Part shown: one piece after another, positions 35,453 through 48,785 of the stretch | Layout: each line of letters starts with the position of its first letter | How positions within the stretch are numbered: position 1 is the first letter of the stretch | Source of the DNA: Prasinococcaceae sp. CCMP 1430 | Taxonomy: Eukaryota > Plantae > Prasinodermophyta | Assembly (NCBI GenBank): GCA_013416795.1 | Contig: RQSC01000022.1 | Location: 157,712 to 221,711, forward strand | Length of the DNA: 64,000 nucleotides | Reading direction: 5' to 3' | Made by a program: the position numbers and the translations under genes | The notes under the pieces: model-generated | Databases searched by the model: none | What the model was told of the DNA's origin: nothing | The model's input: only the letters and a program-made list of their open reading frames with translations

Positions 35453-35731
35453 ATGGCGGCCGCGCGCGCGTACGCGCCCTCCCGCGGGCACGCGCGCGCG
35501 CGCGCACACACACACGCACGTGCGCTCACACACACGCACCGCCCGCGCCGCGCCGCGCGCGCTCGTGACGGCCGCCGCGTCGCTCGCCGCCGTCGCGCAG
35601 CAGAACACCATCTTCGCGGCGGTCGTCGCCGGCGAGGCGGGGTACAACAAGCTCGCGGAGACGCTCGACAAGGTGCGGACGCGGACGCTGCGCGCGGGCA
35701 ACGCCGCGTGTGCGTGTGCGTATGTGTGTGT

Positions 35732-35792
<61 letters not shown>

Positions 35793-35870
35793 GTGTGTGT
35801 GTGTGTGTGCTGCTTGCGCGCGTGTACGCCGCTGCATGCGCGCTGACATGAACACGCACACAAACACGTT

Positions 35871-35904
<34 letters not shown>

Positions 35905-36310
35905 TATGCTTTGGCGCGCGTGCAGGACGGCCTGTACGACACCGTGCCCGTCCCCGAGGACACCGTGAAGGCCGAGCTGGCGGGCGCGGGCGCGCTGCTG
36001 CTGGGCGCCGTCGCGTACGGCGCGCTCGGCAGCGCCATCGGGGGCATCGCCGTGTCTGCGCCTGCGAGGTGCGAGCGACGCGCCGGCGCCGCAAGTCGCG
36101 CGCGCGCACACACACACAACACACACACACACACACACACACACGCGCGTACACACGCCAACAAACACGCGAACGTACACACACACACGCGCGCGCGCGC
36201 GCAGAGGCACGCACACACGCACGCATGCGAGCATGCACTCGAGCATAGACGTGCACGAGCGCACCTGACCCACGCGTGCGCACATTCAACACTATCTTTC
36301 ACGCAAACAC

Positions 36311-36370
<60 letters not shown>

Positions 36371-36591
36371 CACACACACGCACACACACACACACACACA
36401 CATCACACACATCACACACACACACGCACACGCCGCCCCGCAGCGCCGCGCTGGTGGCCCTGTACGCCAAGCGCGCCGCGGACACCCCCAACTCGCTGGT
36501 GTCCTTCCCGGGGCCGCGCGCGACGCCCGTGGCGCTCATGATGCTCAGCTTCTTCGTCTTCTGCGCGCAGGCGCAGGTCTTCGCCAACTAA
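35453..36591 (+). CDS. Small multi-exon membrane protein of unknown function (start uncertain)
   Basis: Exons [25 protein letters not shown] / [12 protein letters not shown]...[15 protein letters not shown] / ALVALYAKR...[15 protein letters not shown]; intron 35673-35925. Confidence 0.6.
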
Positions 36592-36647
36592 GCTGAGCCC
36601 GGAAGGGCGCGTGCACAGAGGGGGGCACCGCGTGCGCAGACGCGCTT

Positions 36648-36746
<99 letters not shown>

Positions 36747-36754
36747 NNNNNNNN

Positions 36755-36834
<80 letters not shown>

Positions 36835-36989
36835 GCGTGTGTGTGTCTGCCTGCGCGTGTGTGTGTGTGTACTGTGAGTGTCAGGGCGTGTGCAGACGTT
36901 GGTGGGCGCGTGCGCGTGTGTGTGTGTGTGCGGACGTGTTTATGTGTGTGTGTTCGCTCTGTGGGTGTGTGCCCGTCGCTGCTTATGTG

Positions 36990-37022
<33 letters not shown>

Positions 37023-37179
37023 ACACACGTGTGTGCGTGCACCCACACGCTTCAGAGCCGGCCTGGCCGCCCGTGCATGCCTCCCTTCCACATATCATTG
37101 CACAATAGTATAGTATATTACTTGAAACGTATACATTACCCACGGGAATGTACGTACAAGCAAGCGACCTAACATCGAT

Positions 37180-37687
37180 GTGAGGTCGCTCGGACGCCGC
37201 CGGCGCGCGATACACTACGCGGCGATGCGAATTTCGTCTCATTGCAACTGCATCAAACCACTGCTCGACGCGGGCGTCGACGCGTCCTTGCGCGACGCGA
37301 ACGGCGAGACCGCGCTCGACATCGCCCGGAAGGCAAACTACACGGAAGCGATCGCGGCGCTCAGTGCCGCAGGGCGCAGACAAAGACTCGGTCGACATCG
37401 CAGGCCAGACGCCCTTGCACTACGCCTCAGAGGGGAATCTAGGTAGCCTCGAGCGTCTGCTCGAGGCGGGTGCGGATACGGATCGAGTGGACAAAGCCGG
37501 CCGAACGCCCTTGCACACCGCGGCGATGCATTCGCAAAATTGCAACTGCATCAAACCACTGCTCGACGCGGGCGCCGACGCGTCCTTGCGTGACTTCAAC
37601 GGCGAGACCGCGCTCGACATCGCCCGGGAGTTAAACAACACGGGAGCGATCGCGGCGCTCAGTGCCTGCGTCGACCGGGCAGACTGA
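37180..37687 (+). pseudogene. Frameshifted ankyrin-repeat fragment with an internal duplication
   Basis: Two near-identical segments CNCIKPLLDAG(V/A)DASLRD(A/F)NGETALDIAR lie in different frames, joined by a 1-nt shift near 37372; no clear start. Confidence 0.7.
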
Positions 37688-37738
37688 TCAGTAAGTCGGT
37701 GTACACTCAGAGCGCACGCCGGCGCCAGGCGGCTGCAG

Positions 37739-38224
37739 TCAGGCGTACACGCTGCCGTCGGCGAGGTCTGCGGAGGCGATCTCGCGCGCCTATGTGTGTG
37801 TGTGTGTGTGCGTGTGTGTGCGTGTGTGTGTGTCAGCATTGGCGAGCCCTTGTGTGCGTGTGCGCACGTGCTTGCGCGCGTGTGTGCTGTACACGAACGC
37901 CCGCGCGCTCCCTCACCGTGGCCCTCATGGCGTCCGCGTCGACCAGCCCTTCGCCCAGCACCGCCACGGCGGCGTCCGCCAGCGCGAGCAGCTCGGGCAG
38001 CTCCGCGCGCGGGCGGCGGTGGCACAGCACCACGGCGACGTCGTCCGCGCCAGGCGCGCGACCCTGCGAGGGCGCGCGCGCGCGCGCGTGTGTGCGTGTG
38101 CGTGCGCGTGTGCGCGTGATGTGTGAGCGCACGTGAATTTGTCTCGAGCGAGAGCGCTGGCGAGCGTCGGTCCATGCAGACACACAGGTGCGTGCGTGCT
38201 CACACACGAGCATACAGACGAGCA

Positions 38225-38287
<63 letters not shown>

Positions 38288-38576
38288 ACATACTCTCTCT
38301 CTCTCACACACACACGCTCACTGACACCGATCACATACACACGCGCCCGCACCTCGGCACCGCCCGCCACCTCGGCCGCGAGCAGGTCCACCGCGTGCGC
38401 CGCGGGCAGCTCCGCGGCGCCCGCCACGCCGCCCGCGCCGGCGCCGCGCGCGAAGAGCAGCGGCGCCTCCTCGTCCTCCTCCCCCTCCCTCCCGGCGCCC
38501 ACGCCGGATGCCGCGTGCAGGGCGCCCGCCACGGAGGCAGCGGGCGCGGCCTTCAGTGTGCGTGCGCGTGTGAGCG

Positions 38577-38607
<31 letters not shown>

Positions 38608-38623
38608 AAGTGTGTGTGTGTGT

Positions 38624-38676
<53 letters not shown>

Positions 38677-40028
38677 TGTGTGTGTGTATGTGTGTTTGTG
38701 TGTGTGTGTGTATGTGGAAGTGGAAGTGGAAGTGTGTCAGCACGTGTGCCGACGCACGCGAAGACGCGCACGCTCACAGGCGAACGCAAGCGCGGTGAGA
38801 AACGCAGGTGCGCGTGCGAACGCCAGCACACACACACACACACACACACGCACACACACACGCACACACACACGCACACACGCACACACACACACACACA
38901 CGCACGCACACACACACACGCACGCAATCACGCACACGCATAATCGCACATTCACACACGCCCCCACGCACCTCGAACGCCACCACTCTTGCGCCGTCGT
39001 CGGCCGCGCCGCGCAGCGCCTCTGCGAGCGCCGCGCGCCGCGCGTGTGAGGCGCACAGAGACGGCGGCACGCACGCGAGCGCCGCCGCGCCGTCGCCCGC
39101 GGCGCCCAGGGCGTACACGCACGCCGCCGAGGATGCGCCAGGTGCGCCTGTGTGTGTGTGTGCGTGCGTGTGTGTGTATGTGTGTGTGTGTGTGTGTATG
39201 TGTGTGTGTGTGTGTGTGTGTGCGTGTGTGTGTGTGTGTGTATGTGTGTGTGTGTGTGTGTGTGTGCGTGTGTGTGTGTATGTGTGTGTGTGTGTGTGTG
39301 TGTGAGCGTGAGAATCACAAGGGCACAAAGGCGCGCAAACGTGTGCATCTGCGTGTGCATGCCGGCCGTGTGTGTGTGCGTGTGTGTGTGTGTGTGTATG
39401 CGCGAGCGTGTGCGCACGGGTACGTGTGTGTGTGCCAGCGCGGGCACACGCGCTCACGCGACGCACCCGCCATCCTCCCGCGAGCGCCCGCGAAGCTGCG
39501 CTCGGGCGCGCACACCGACGCGGCGAGCGCGCACTCCGCCCCCGCGACGGCGCGCGCCCGCGCTGTGCGTGTGCGTGTGCGTGTGCGTGTGCGTGTGTGT
39601 GTGCGTGTGCGTGTGCGTGTGCGTGTGCGCGCGCGCGTGTGTGTGTGTGCGTGCGTGTGTGTGTGTGTGTGTGTGTGCGTGTGTGTGTGAGTGTGTGTGT
39701 GCGCGCGCGCGTCCAGGAAGGGAGGGATGAGGTGTGTGTGTGTGAGTGAGCGCAAGCGCATGCGTGCGCGTGCGGAGAGAGGCATTCGTAGCGCGCGCGC
39801 GCGAGCGCATGCGGGCAATCACCCACACACGCAAGGGCGCTCGCGCACACACATACGCGCGCACACACACACACACACACACGCACACACACGCACACAC
39901 ACAGCGCGCCCACGCACCACGTGACGAGCAGCGGCTCGCGCTCGGCGCCGTCCTCGTCGGCCTCGTCCGGCTCGCGCCACTCGGGCGGCAGGTCATAGGC
40001 GGGGTCGTACGCGTCGAAGGAGGCCATA
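37739..40028 (-). CDS. Multi-exon hypothetical protein (or C-terminal part of the upstream kinase gene)
   Basis: Exons [17 protein letters not shown]..., [11 protein letters not shown]...[21 protein letters not shown] and [10 protein letters not shown]...AMRAT, with a final exon ...DGSVYA*, linked by GT-AG junctions. Confidence 0.5.
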
Positions 40029-40291
40029 GCGGACTCGCACACACACACACACGCACGCGCGCGCGCGCACAGGCACGCGCAGAGAAACACACACACACAC
40101 ACGCACACGCGCACACACACACGCACACACGCACGCGCACACACACACGCGCGCTGAGTGGCGCGTGCGCGCGAACGAGCGCGATCAGATCTGTATTTGC
40201 GCGAGTGCGCTCTGAGCGCGCGCCCGCGCTTGTCATGACGTGTGTTTGAGTGCATGTGCATGCAACATCGTGCGTGTGTGTGTGTGCGTGG

Positions 40292-40327
<36 letters not shown>

Positions 40328-40398
40328 CACACACACACACACACACACTGTGTGTGTGTGTGTGTGCGTGTGTGTGTGTGTGTGTGTAAATGTGTGTG

Positions 40399-40477
<79 letters not shown>

Positions 40478-40479
40478 AC

Positions 40480-40510
<31 letters not shown>

Positions 40511-40604
40511 CGCGCGGGCGCGTGTGTGTGTGTGTAAGCTTGTATGTGCTTGAGTTTTTGCTTGCACTGCACGCGCGTGCGCACGCGCGCGCCCTCCGCC
40601 GCAC

Positions 40605-40834
40605 CTGTGCGCGCCGGCGTCGCCCGCCTCGGCGTCGAGCACCACGTCGCCGTGCAGCACGGGGGTGAGGCCCGCGCCCAGCAGCGGCAGCAGCGCCTGC
40701 GCGTACGCGGAGGGCGGCGTGCGCGACGTCCAGCCCAGGGGCAGCGGGGACACGCCCACCGCGGCGAGGCCCGCCTGCGAAGACACGAGCGCGTGTGTGT
40801 GGTCGTATGCGTGTGTGTGTGTGTGTGTGTTTGT

Positions 40835-40928
<94 letters not shown>

Positions 40929-40933
40929 GCGTG

Positions 40934-40972
<39 letters not shown>

Positions 40973-41111
40973 GTAAGTGCGCGTACGTGCATACGACGAG
41001 AGTAACCGCACGAAAGGCTACGCACAAGCTCACGAAAGTACACATGCACACACACCAGCACTCGCACAAACACACGTCCACACACAAACACACACGCGTG
41101 CGCGCGCGCGT

Positions 41112-41155
<44 letters not shown>

Positions 41156-41410
41156 GCACGCCGCCCGCTCCGCCGTCGGCGTCCGCCTCGCTCAGCGCGC
41201 GCACGACCGCCGCGTTGAGCTCCCGCACCGCCGCGGCGGTCTCGGTGGCGCGCCTGGGGTGCAAGGGCGAGAGAAAGAGAGGGCGCGGGTTAGCTGGCGC
41301 ACAGGCGCAACACACATACGCACAAACACACACACACACACAAATATAGACACACACACACACATAGAGAGAGAGAGAGACAGACACGCACACACACACA
41401 CACGTTCACA

Positions 41411-41472
<62 letters not shown>

Positions 41473-41719
41473 CACACACATATAAATACTCATGCACACA
41501 TACACACACGCACACACACACACACACATACACACACACGCATGCACACGCGCACACACGTGCCTGCGCGCCACAGAGGTGTAGCCGCGCTCTTTGAGCT
41601 CGTCGAGCATCGCGCGCGCCTGCGGGTGGCCGAAGCTGCCCGCGCCGTGGACGACCACAAGCGGCGCGAGAGGGGCGCTGCGCGCGCATTAACGTGTGTG
41701 CGTGTGTGTGTGCGTGTGT

Positions 41720-41756
<37 letters not shown>

Positions 41757-41775
41757 ACACACACACACACACACA

Positions 41776-41814
<39 letters not shown>

Positions 41815-41972
41815 TGTGTGTGTGTATGTGTGTGAGCGCACGCGTGAATGCGTGCGAGCGCATACGCACGCGTTGTGTGGGTCAGCACGTGCGCGGGGTG
41901 GACAAGTGTGCGTGCTTGTGCCTGCATACATGACCAATCGCACACACACACACACAAACACACACACACAAG

Positions 41973-42028
<56 letters not shown>

Positions 42029-42255
42029 TGCGCGCGCCCAGTCCTCACCCTCGCGCCTCCTTCCCCTCGGCGACGAGGAGCGCCTCGCGCGCGTCGGCGA
42101 GCTCCTTCGCGGCGCTCGCGAGCGCGTCCTCGCGCAGGTCGCTGACGCCGGCCTTTTCGGGGGAAGTGTGAGCGTGTGCGGGCGTGCTGTGTGGGTCAGC
42201 ACGAGCGCGTGTGTGTGCAAATGTGCGCGCACGTGCCTACCAGATGCATGGCAAC

Positions 42256-42303
<48 letters not shown>

Positions 42304-42413
42304 GTGCGCATACGCTTGCGCATGCACACACACACGCACACACACACACGGCCGCGCAAGCACACGCAGATGCACACGTTTACGCGCCTGCGTGCCCGCG
42401 TGATCCTCACGCT

Positions 42414-42486
<73 letters not shown>

Positions 42487-42651
42487 ACGCTCACACACAC
42501 GCACGCACACACACACACGCGCGCGTGTGTGCACATGTGCGCGTCCGGCCCTCACCTTGTCGGAGAGCGCCGCGCCGCCGAGCTTGACGACGCAGCGCAC
42601 GCGCCGCTGCGGCGCGGCGGCGTTGGCCGAGGGCGCGGGGGAAGGGGGCAT
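40605..42651 (-). CDS. Amino-acid-kinase-family protein, isopentenyl phosphate kinase-like (C-terminal part not recognised)
   Basis: [26 protein letters not shown] (IPK signature His), [20 protein letters not shown]. Confidence 0.82.
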
Positions 42652-42652
42652 C

Positions 42653-42703
<51 letters not shown>

Positions 42704-43533
42704 TGTGTGTGTGTGCGCGCGTGTGCGCGTGTCTGTGCGCGCGCTCGGGGGCGCGCGTGCGCGCGCACGCCGCGCGTGCGCGCGTATGCGTGCACGCGCG
42801 CCCCTCGCGCCCCACGCACGCAGTGTGGCGAGCGTGCGCTTGCACACACATGCATCGATACACACACACACACACACACACGCACACACATGCACGCACA
42901 CGCACACACACACACGCACACGCACACACACACGCACACGCACACACGCACACGCACACACGCGCGCGCCCCGCGCGTCGCGCCGCGCCGAAGGGGCGCG
43001 CGCCCCTTCGCGCCCGCACGTCAAAACGCATTGAGATTCCGTACGTCAAAACGCATTCGAACCGACGCGGCACCCGTCGCGTTCGATCTGATGGCGCGTT
43101 CCCCCGCGGCGCGCGCGGGCGCGCGCGCGCGCACGGGAGCGCGACGGCGCTGTCACCTCGCTCGCGCGGGCGGGGGGAGGGTGCTGTAGGGGCGGGGGAA
43201 GGGGGCAGGGGGAGGGTGTTCGCGGGCGGCGCGGGCGCGGGCGAAGGGAAGCGCTCGTGCTGCGTGACTGGGAGCGGACGGACGGGCGGATGTTGGCCGC
43301 GGTGCGCTGGCGGCGTGCCGCGCGTCCGCAGTGTGTGTGTGTGTGTGTCGGCGCGCTCGCGCCACACGTGCGCGCGCGTTCCCCTCGCGCGGCACGCGCG
43401 CGGGCGCGCGCCGTCCGACGATCAGCGACGCGGCGCGGCCTCGCACGAAGGCGCGCGCGCGCGCGGGCGCTCAGCGCTCGACGCTCGCGCGGCGTACACG
43501 ACGCCCGCGATCGCGCGCGTGGAGCGGTGCAGG

Positions 43534-46500
43534 ATGGCTCTGGCTCGTGCGGCCGCCCTCTGCGCAGCTCTGTCGCTGGCGTGTTCGCGCAGCCTCGCGG
43601 ATGCCAGCGGGGGCGCGAGCGCGGCCCACGGCGACGGTGGCGCCAGCGCTGCGCCACCAGCCGCCCCAACACCCCCCTCCCCGCTGCCCTCGCCCCCGCC
43701 CGCAGGCTGGACGGGCGACACCTTCCTCGTCAGAACCGTCAGCGACGAGGCCTCGCGCATCGCGTGCGAGCAGTGCGACCTCAGGGCGCCCGACTGCCAC
43801 TGCCGCGGCGTCTTCGAGCGCGTTCTCACGGGGCTCTGCGTGCGCGGCACTCAGGCCGCGATCGCAGACATGGCGCACGCGCTCGACTTCAACATCAGCT
43901 ACGTCGAGTACGACCTCGGCACGTCCCGGTGCGTGTGCCTGCGCGTGGGCGCAGTCAGCGTGCGCATGTGTGTGCGCCACTGCGCACGCGTGGTCGCGTT
44001 CCAGTGCTCGCATTCGTGTGCGTGCTCCCAGTGCCTGCGTCTGACGCAGCCGCGCCGCGCTCGCCAGGGATGCGCTCGTGACTCAGGAGGACGCGTGGTG
44101 GGGCCTTGACCGCATCGATCAGCGTGCCTTGCCCCTTGACGGGGAGTACGCGTACGAGACGTGCGATGAGGCCGCCCCCGCCACGGACGTGTACATCTTC
44201 GATACGGGCGTCCGCTGCTCGCACATGGAATTTGACGCGCTGGCCCCCGGCGGGGCGCGCCGGTGCGTGGGTGCGTGGGACGCCTACAATCCGGGCGCGG
44301 GCGACGTTCGCGAGTGCGCGAACGCGCCGCCGGGCTCGCAGGACAGCTGCGCGCGGGACAACGACTCCCACGGCACGCACGTGGCGGCGACAGCTGCGGG
44401 CGCAAGGTGCGTCGTGCGTCCCCAACTGCGTGCTCGTCCCTTGCGTGAAGAGCGCGCGATGCGCCAAAAGAAGAAAGGACGGTGCGCGTGCACGCGAGAC
44501 GCGCTGACAGTCACGCGTGCGCGTGCGCGAGCGCCGCTCCGTCACCGCCGCGGCGTTGCCTTCGCCTCGCTCGCGAACGACAGGTGGGGTGTGGACAAGT
44601 GCGCGACCACGCGCGTGATGGCGGTCAAGGTCCTCGATGACGACGGTGCCGGCACCTTTGGCGACGTGCTGCTCGCCCTCGACTTCGTCGTCAAGCAGCG
44701 GGACGCGGGCGGCCTTTCCGAAGGAAGGAATGTGGTGGCCAGCATGTCGCTCAGCGGCGCGGGCACGCTGCAGGCGATCGACGACGCCATCCTCGCCGCG
44801 AAGCAAGAGGGAGTCCTCACCGTCGTCTCGGCCGGAAACCAGAACGGCGATGCCTGCGCGAGGACGCCCGCGCGCTCGGCCGAGGCGCTCACCGTTGGCT
44901 CCACCGACGAATGTGCGTGCGTGCAGCCAGGCGCTTCTATCCTGTCGGCTGCACCTGTGCCGCCTGGCTTCCTGGCCGATGCCCTCCTCTGACGCAACGC
45001 TCCTGTGGGCGGCAAACGACCGCGCGTCGCGCCAGCCGACGCTAGGAGCCCATTTTCGAACTACGGCAATTGCCTCCAACTGTTCGCACCTGGGAGCAAC
45101 ATCCGCTCGGCGTGCGCATCGGGCGACAACTGCGCGTCGACTCTCAGTGGCACTTCCATGGCGACGCCGCACGTCGCGGGCGCATTGTCGATCGCTTTGC
45201 GAGCTCGTGGTTTGCTGGTCATCGACGAGATGGCCGCCGAGAAGCTGCGCCAGGAGACCGTCGCCAACGGCGGAAGCGTGGTCACCGCGGGTATCGTGGG
45301 CGACGCCAAGTCTCCCAACAACTTGCTGCTCAGCATGGTGGGCCTTACGGGGACGCGAGCGCCCACCGCGGCGCCGACGAATGCTCCGACCGAGACCCCG
45401 ACGACGGCGTTCCCCACCTCCAGTCCCGTCGAGCAGCCCACCGCATCGGATGCGCCTACGTCGACCCCCACGCCTGTGCCAACGCAGGCGCCGACGAACG
45501 TCGACTCGCTCTCCAGTTGCGTCAACAGGTGCAACCAACAGGCCCCTAGTGGTTGCTATTGTGCGTGCGCTCGCGAGCAACAGATACAAAGCGTTGCCCG
45601 CGTGAGACGTCGTGTGCGTGCGATGGGGTGCCGATGCTGGTGCGCGCGAGGTCATCGCAGGGCGGCGCGCGTGCGCATCGCGCGGCGCCGCCCCTTCTTG
45701 GCGTGCGTGCGCAGTGTGCGCACGAGCCCGCTGGTCTGTGCGCTGACGTGCGCACGTCGCGTGCGACGCGACGCACTCATGGCGACTCCGCTGGCCGGCA
45801 GGTGATGTGCAGTGTCAGATTTTCGACGACTGGTACGCAGAGACGCGCGACCTGCACGAGCGCGCAGTGCAGATGCCGACGAGCGTGCACGTGCTCACGC
45901 GCGAGGCGCACCGCGCCGCTGACCGCGTGCGCTCGCGCGTTCGCTGATCGGGTGTTCGCGTCGTCGAAGTTGCAACGACTACCAATTCGCTTGCCTCGCA
46001 CCTCCGACAATTCAGCCAACGGAAGTCCCGACGATATCCCCAACGTCTCCGCCCACGAGTGCGCCCACCGTGCGACCTACGCAAGCACCGACAGGCGCGC
46101 CGACGAGCACGCCCACCGGAGCGCCCACAGCTCTGCCGACCAGCGCCCCAATCACGATTGCTCCATCAGCGCAGCCGACGACATCGGGGCCTGCGGCGGC
46201 CGTCACGGGCACAGACGCGCCGGCATCTGCAACGCCGTCGTCTGTCCCGACGGCGACGCCGACGGTCGCCTCGTCTCCGCCAGAGACATCGACCGCGTCA
46301 CCGACCCCAACGCCGACGACACCGCCGTCAGCGTCGCCATCGGCGTCGCCGACGATGGCGCCAACCACGGCGCCGACTACGGCGTCGCCGACGATGGCGC
46401 CCACCAACCCGCTGACCTACGCGCCCACTGGCGCACCTGTGTCGCCGCAGGCCGGATCATGCGTCGGCGGTAGTTGCGGAGGCCCCGCGCCCCAGAACTC

Positions 46501-47132
46501 GTGCTTCGTACGTGCCCGTGCCGATGCCCGGCCTCCGCGTCCGCTAGCTAGCACGAATGCGCGCGCGCGGCGTGCATCTGCGCGCACTACCGCCAGCCTG
46601 AGTGCACGACGACCTGCAGCACCGGCGTGTGGTTTGACGCGTGCCTGCTCCCGCCACGCGCAGAGGCGCCCGCATGCGCGTTTATGAAACGACGCGCGCG
46701 TGCGATGATTGCAATGATGGCGTCTGACTACCTGGCTGACACAACACGCACAATGCTCGTCCGCAAACACTCTCGCAGTGCGACCCCATCTGCGAAACGT
46801 TCCAGGACTGCTGTCTCGACTACATCGACGTTTGCGTGGGCCTTCCACCAACAGCGGCGCCCTCGATGGCGCCGGCGCCAGAACCGACCCCTCAGCCGAC
46901 GCCCACTCCGACCGACGGCTCAGCCACGCCCGCGCCTTCCCCCGCGCCCACCACCCCGCCACCGACGCCGGCTCCCACTGCCCCGCAAGCGCCCGCGCAG
47001 GAGTCCTGCGCCGCCGCGTGCGGCGGGGTCGCCCCCGGGGGCGCCTGCTACTGCGACAGCGCCTGCCTCACGTTCCAGGACTGCTGCCAGGACGCCTGCT
47101 CGCAGTGCCCCGCGGAGGTCGGCTGCGGCTGA
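43534..47132 (+). CDS. Secreted S8 subtilase (proteinase K/aqualysin-like) with PT-rich linkers and three somatomedin-B-like Cys repeats
   Basis: Signal peptide; WGLDRIDQR; triad VYIFDTG, HGTHVA, SGTSMATPHVAG; oxyanion-hole SAGN; repeats such as CYCDSACLTFQDCCQD. Confidence 0.9.
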
Positions 47133-47423
47133 CGACGACGACTGCGACGAGTCGACGACGGGGGAACGGACCCCAAACCCCCGCGCAGCGCGCCGATACC
47201 AGTTTCGCTCACGATGTCATTACGGTTCTATTGTAGGGTTCAACGTATTTCTTCGTCAAAGCACATGCGTCATGCCGCGTTCATGGCGCGAGTGGTTTGG
47301 GTTAGCCAGAAAGTATGCACGCAGTCCTGACCCTTTTTGTTTTTTTTTGTTTTTAGTTTTAAAATCCTCGGATTTTTATGTTTGGGGGGGAAGGCAGCAA
47401 AGTATGTACTAAGGTGGACAAAA

Positions 47424-47668
47424 AAAATCGTCGCCCTCGCCAGGCGGATGTACGCCCGCCTAAAAATCGTTCCAGCGCGCGCCGCTTGGCCAGGGCGCCC
47501 AGTTCTTTCTGGGCTATTCATAGAGACTTTCCGCACCCCCGCCGCTGCAGCGAGGCGCCGTCGGCGGGGTATGAGTAGCCTGGGTAAAACTGGGCGCACC
47601 GGCGAAGCGGCGCGCGCAGGAACGATTTTTAGGCGGGCGTACATCCGCCTGGCGAGGCGTACGATTTT
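47424..47668. mobile_element. About 245 bp fold-back (MITE-like) element
   Basis: Perfect 39 bp inverted repeat (47435-47473 vs 47619-47657), with imperfect pairing extending toward the centre; non-coding, AT-rich flanks. Confidence 0.65.
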
Positions 47669-48785
47669 AAAGTTGACCTCTGTGAGTGAAATTCATTGGA
47701 TTTTTGTTTGGCGCCGGGGGAAAAAAAGGCTGCCGCGCGGCCCCGTTCCCCCTGGGCCTTCCAACGGGCGTGCGGGCCTGGACGCAGGTCAAATCGCACG
47801 CGATCGCCCCCGCGCGCGCTCCCGGGCCGCGCGCGCGCGCGCGCGAATCGAAATCTCGCGCGCGCTCGCGCGCGCGCGCCCGCGGGGGATTTCGGGCCGC
47901 GAGTTTTACAAGGGTTCGAAGGTATAGTCAATGTGAGTGTAAATGGGGCTTAGGGTTAGGATGGACCCCAAACAATCCGGATATGCTTCGGCGTGGTGGT
48001 ATCGTGGATGAGGTTGGCGTTGCGGGTGCGCGCGCGGGCGCGCGCGCGGGCGCGCGCGTGCTCCCTCTCCGCCCCCTCCGACAGACGCCCACGCCCGCCA
48101 GTGGCGAGTGCGCCCCTGCACGGCGCGCAGGCTGTGGCACGCCCACTCTGCGAGTGCGTGTGTGTGCGTGTGTGTGTGCGTGCGAGCGTGTGCGTGTGTG
48201 TGCGTGTGTGTGCGTGTGTGTGTGTGTGTGTGAGTGTGTGTGTGTTCATAACCCTATTCAACCGCGAACATAACCTTAACCCTTTGCGGTCGGGCGTCCT
48301 GCAGGTGGAGCAGGGGCGTGTCTGCGTCTCGCGCACGCGCGCGCGCTCGCATGCGCACGCGCGCGCGCACACACAAGCACGCGAGCACGCGCACGCGCAC
48401 GCACACGTGAGCACGCGCACGTGCGCACGCGCTTCTGAGCACCCGCGCGCGCTGGGAGGAGACCGTCGTGGCGCGGAGAGACAAAAAATTGGGTGCGGGG
48501 GCGAGGGGTCGCACGAGTGCGCGGACACGCCCCCCCTCCCCCGCACGGGCGTGTTTACGTGTGTGTGTGTGTGTGTGTGTGAACACTTGTGCGTGCGCGC
48601 GCGTGTGCGCGCGCGCGCGCGCGTGTGTGTGTGTGCGACAGTGCACGCCACCTTGAGGTGCGTCGCGTGGGAGTGCGGTCGCACAAAGCGCGCACACACG
48701 CTCTCTCTCTCTCACGCACACAAGCACAGACGCACACACACGCACGCACACACTCGCGGGCAAGCTCGAGCTCGCCCCGGCGGGC

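Larger units (their letters stand above)
35240..42960. repeat. Domain dominated by (TG)n/(CA)n microsatellite introns
   Basis: Dozens of TG and CA runs alternate with short GC-rich exons. Confidence 0.9.

Noticed and set aside
35029-43400. Long ORFs rich in [12 protein letters not shown]
   Set aside because: They are translations of (TG)n/(CA)n/(CG)n microsatellites, which lack stop codons; they are not His- or Cys-rich proteins.
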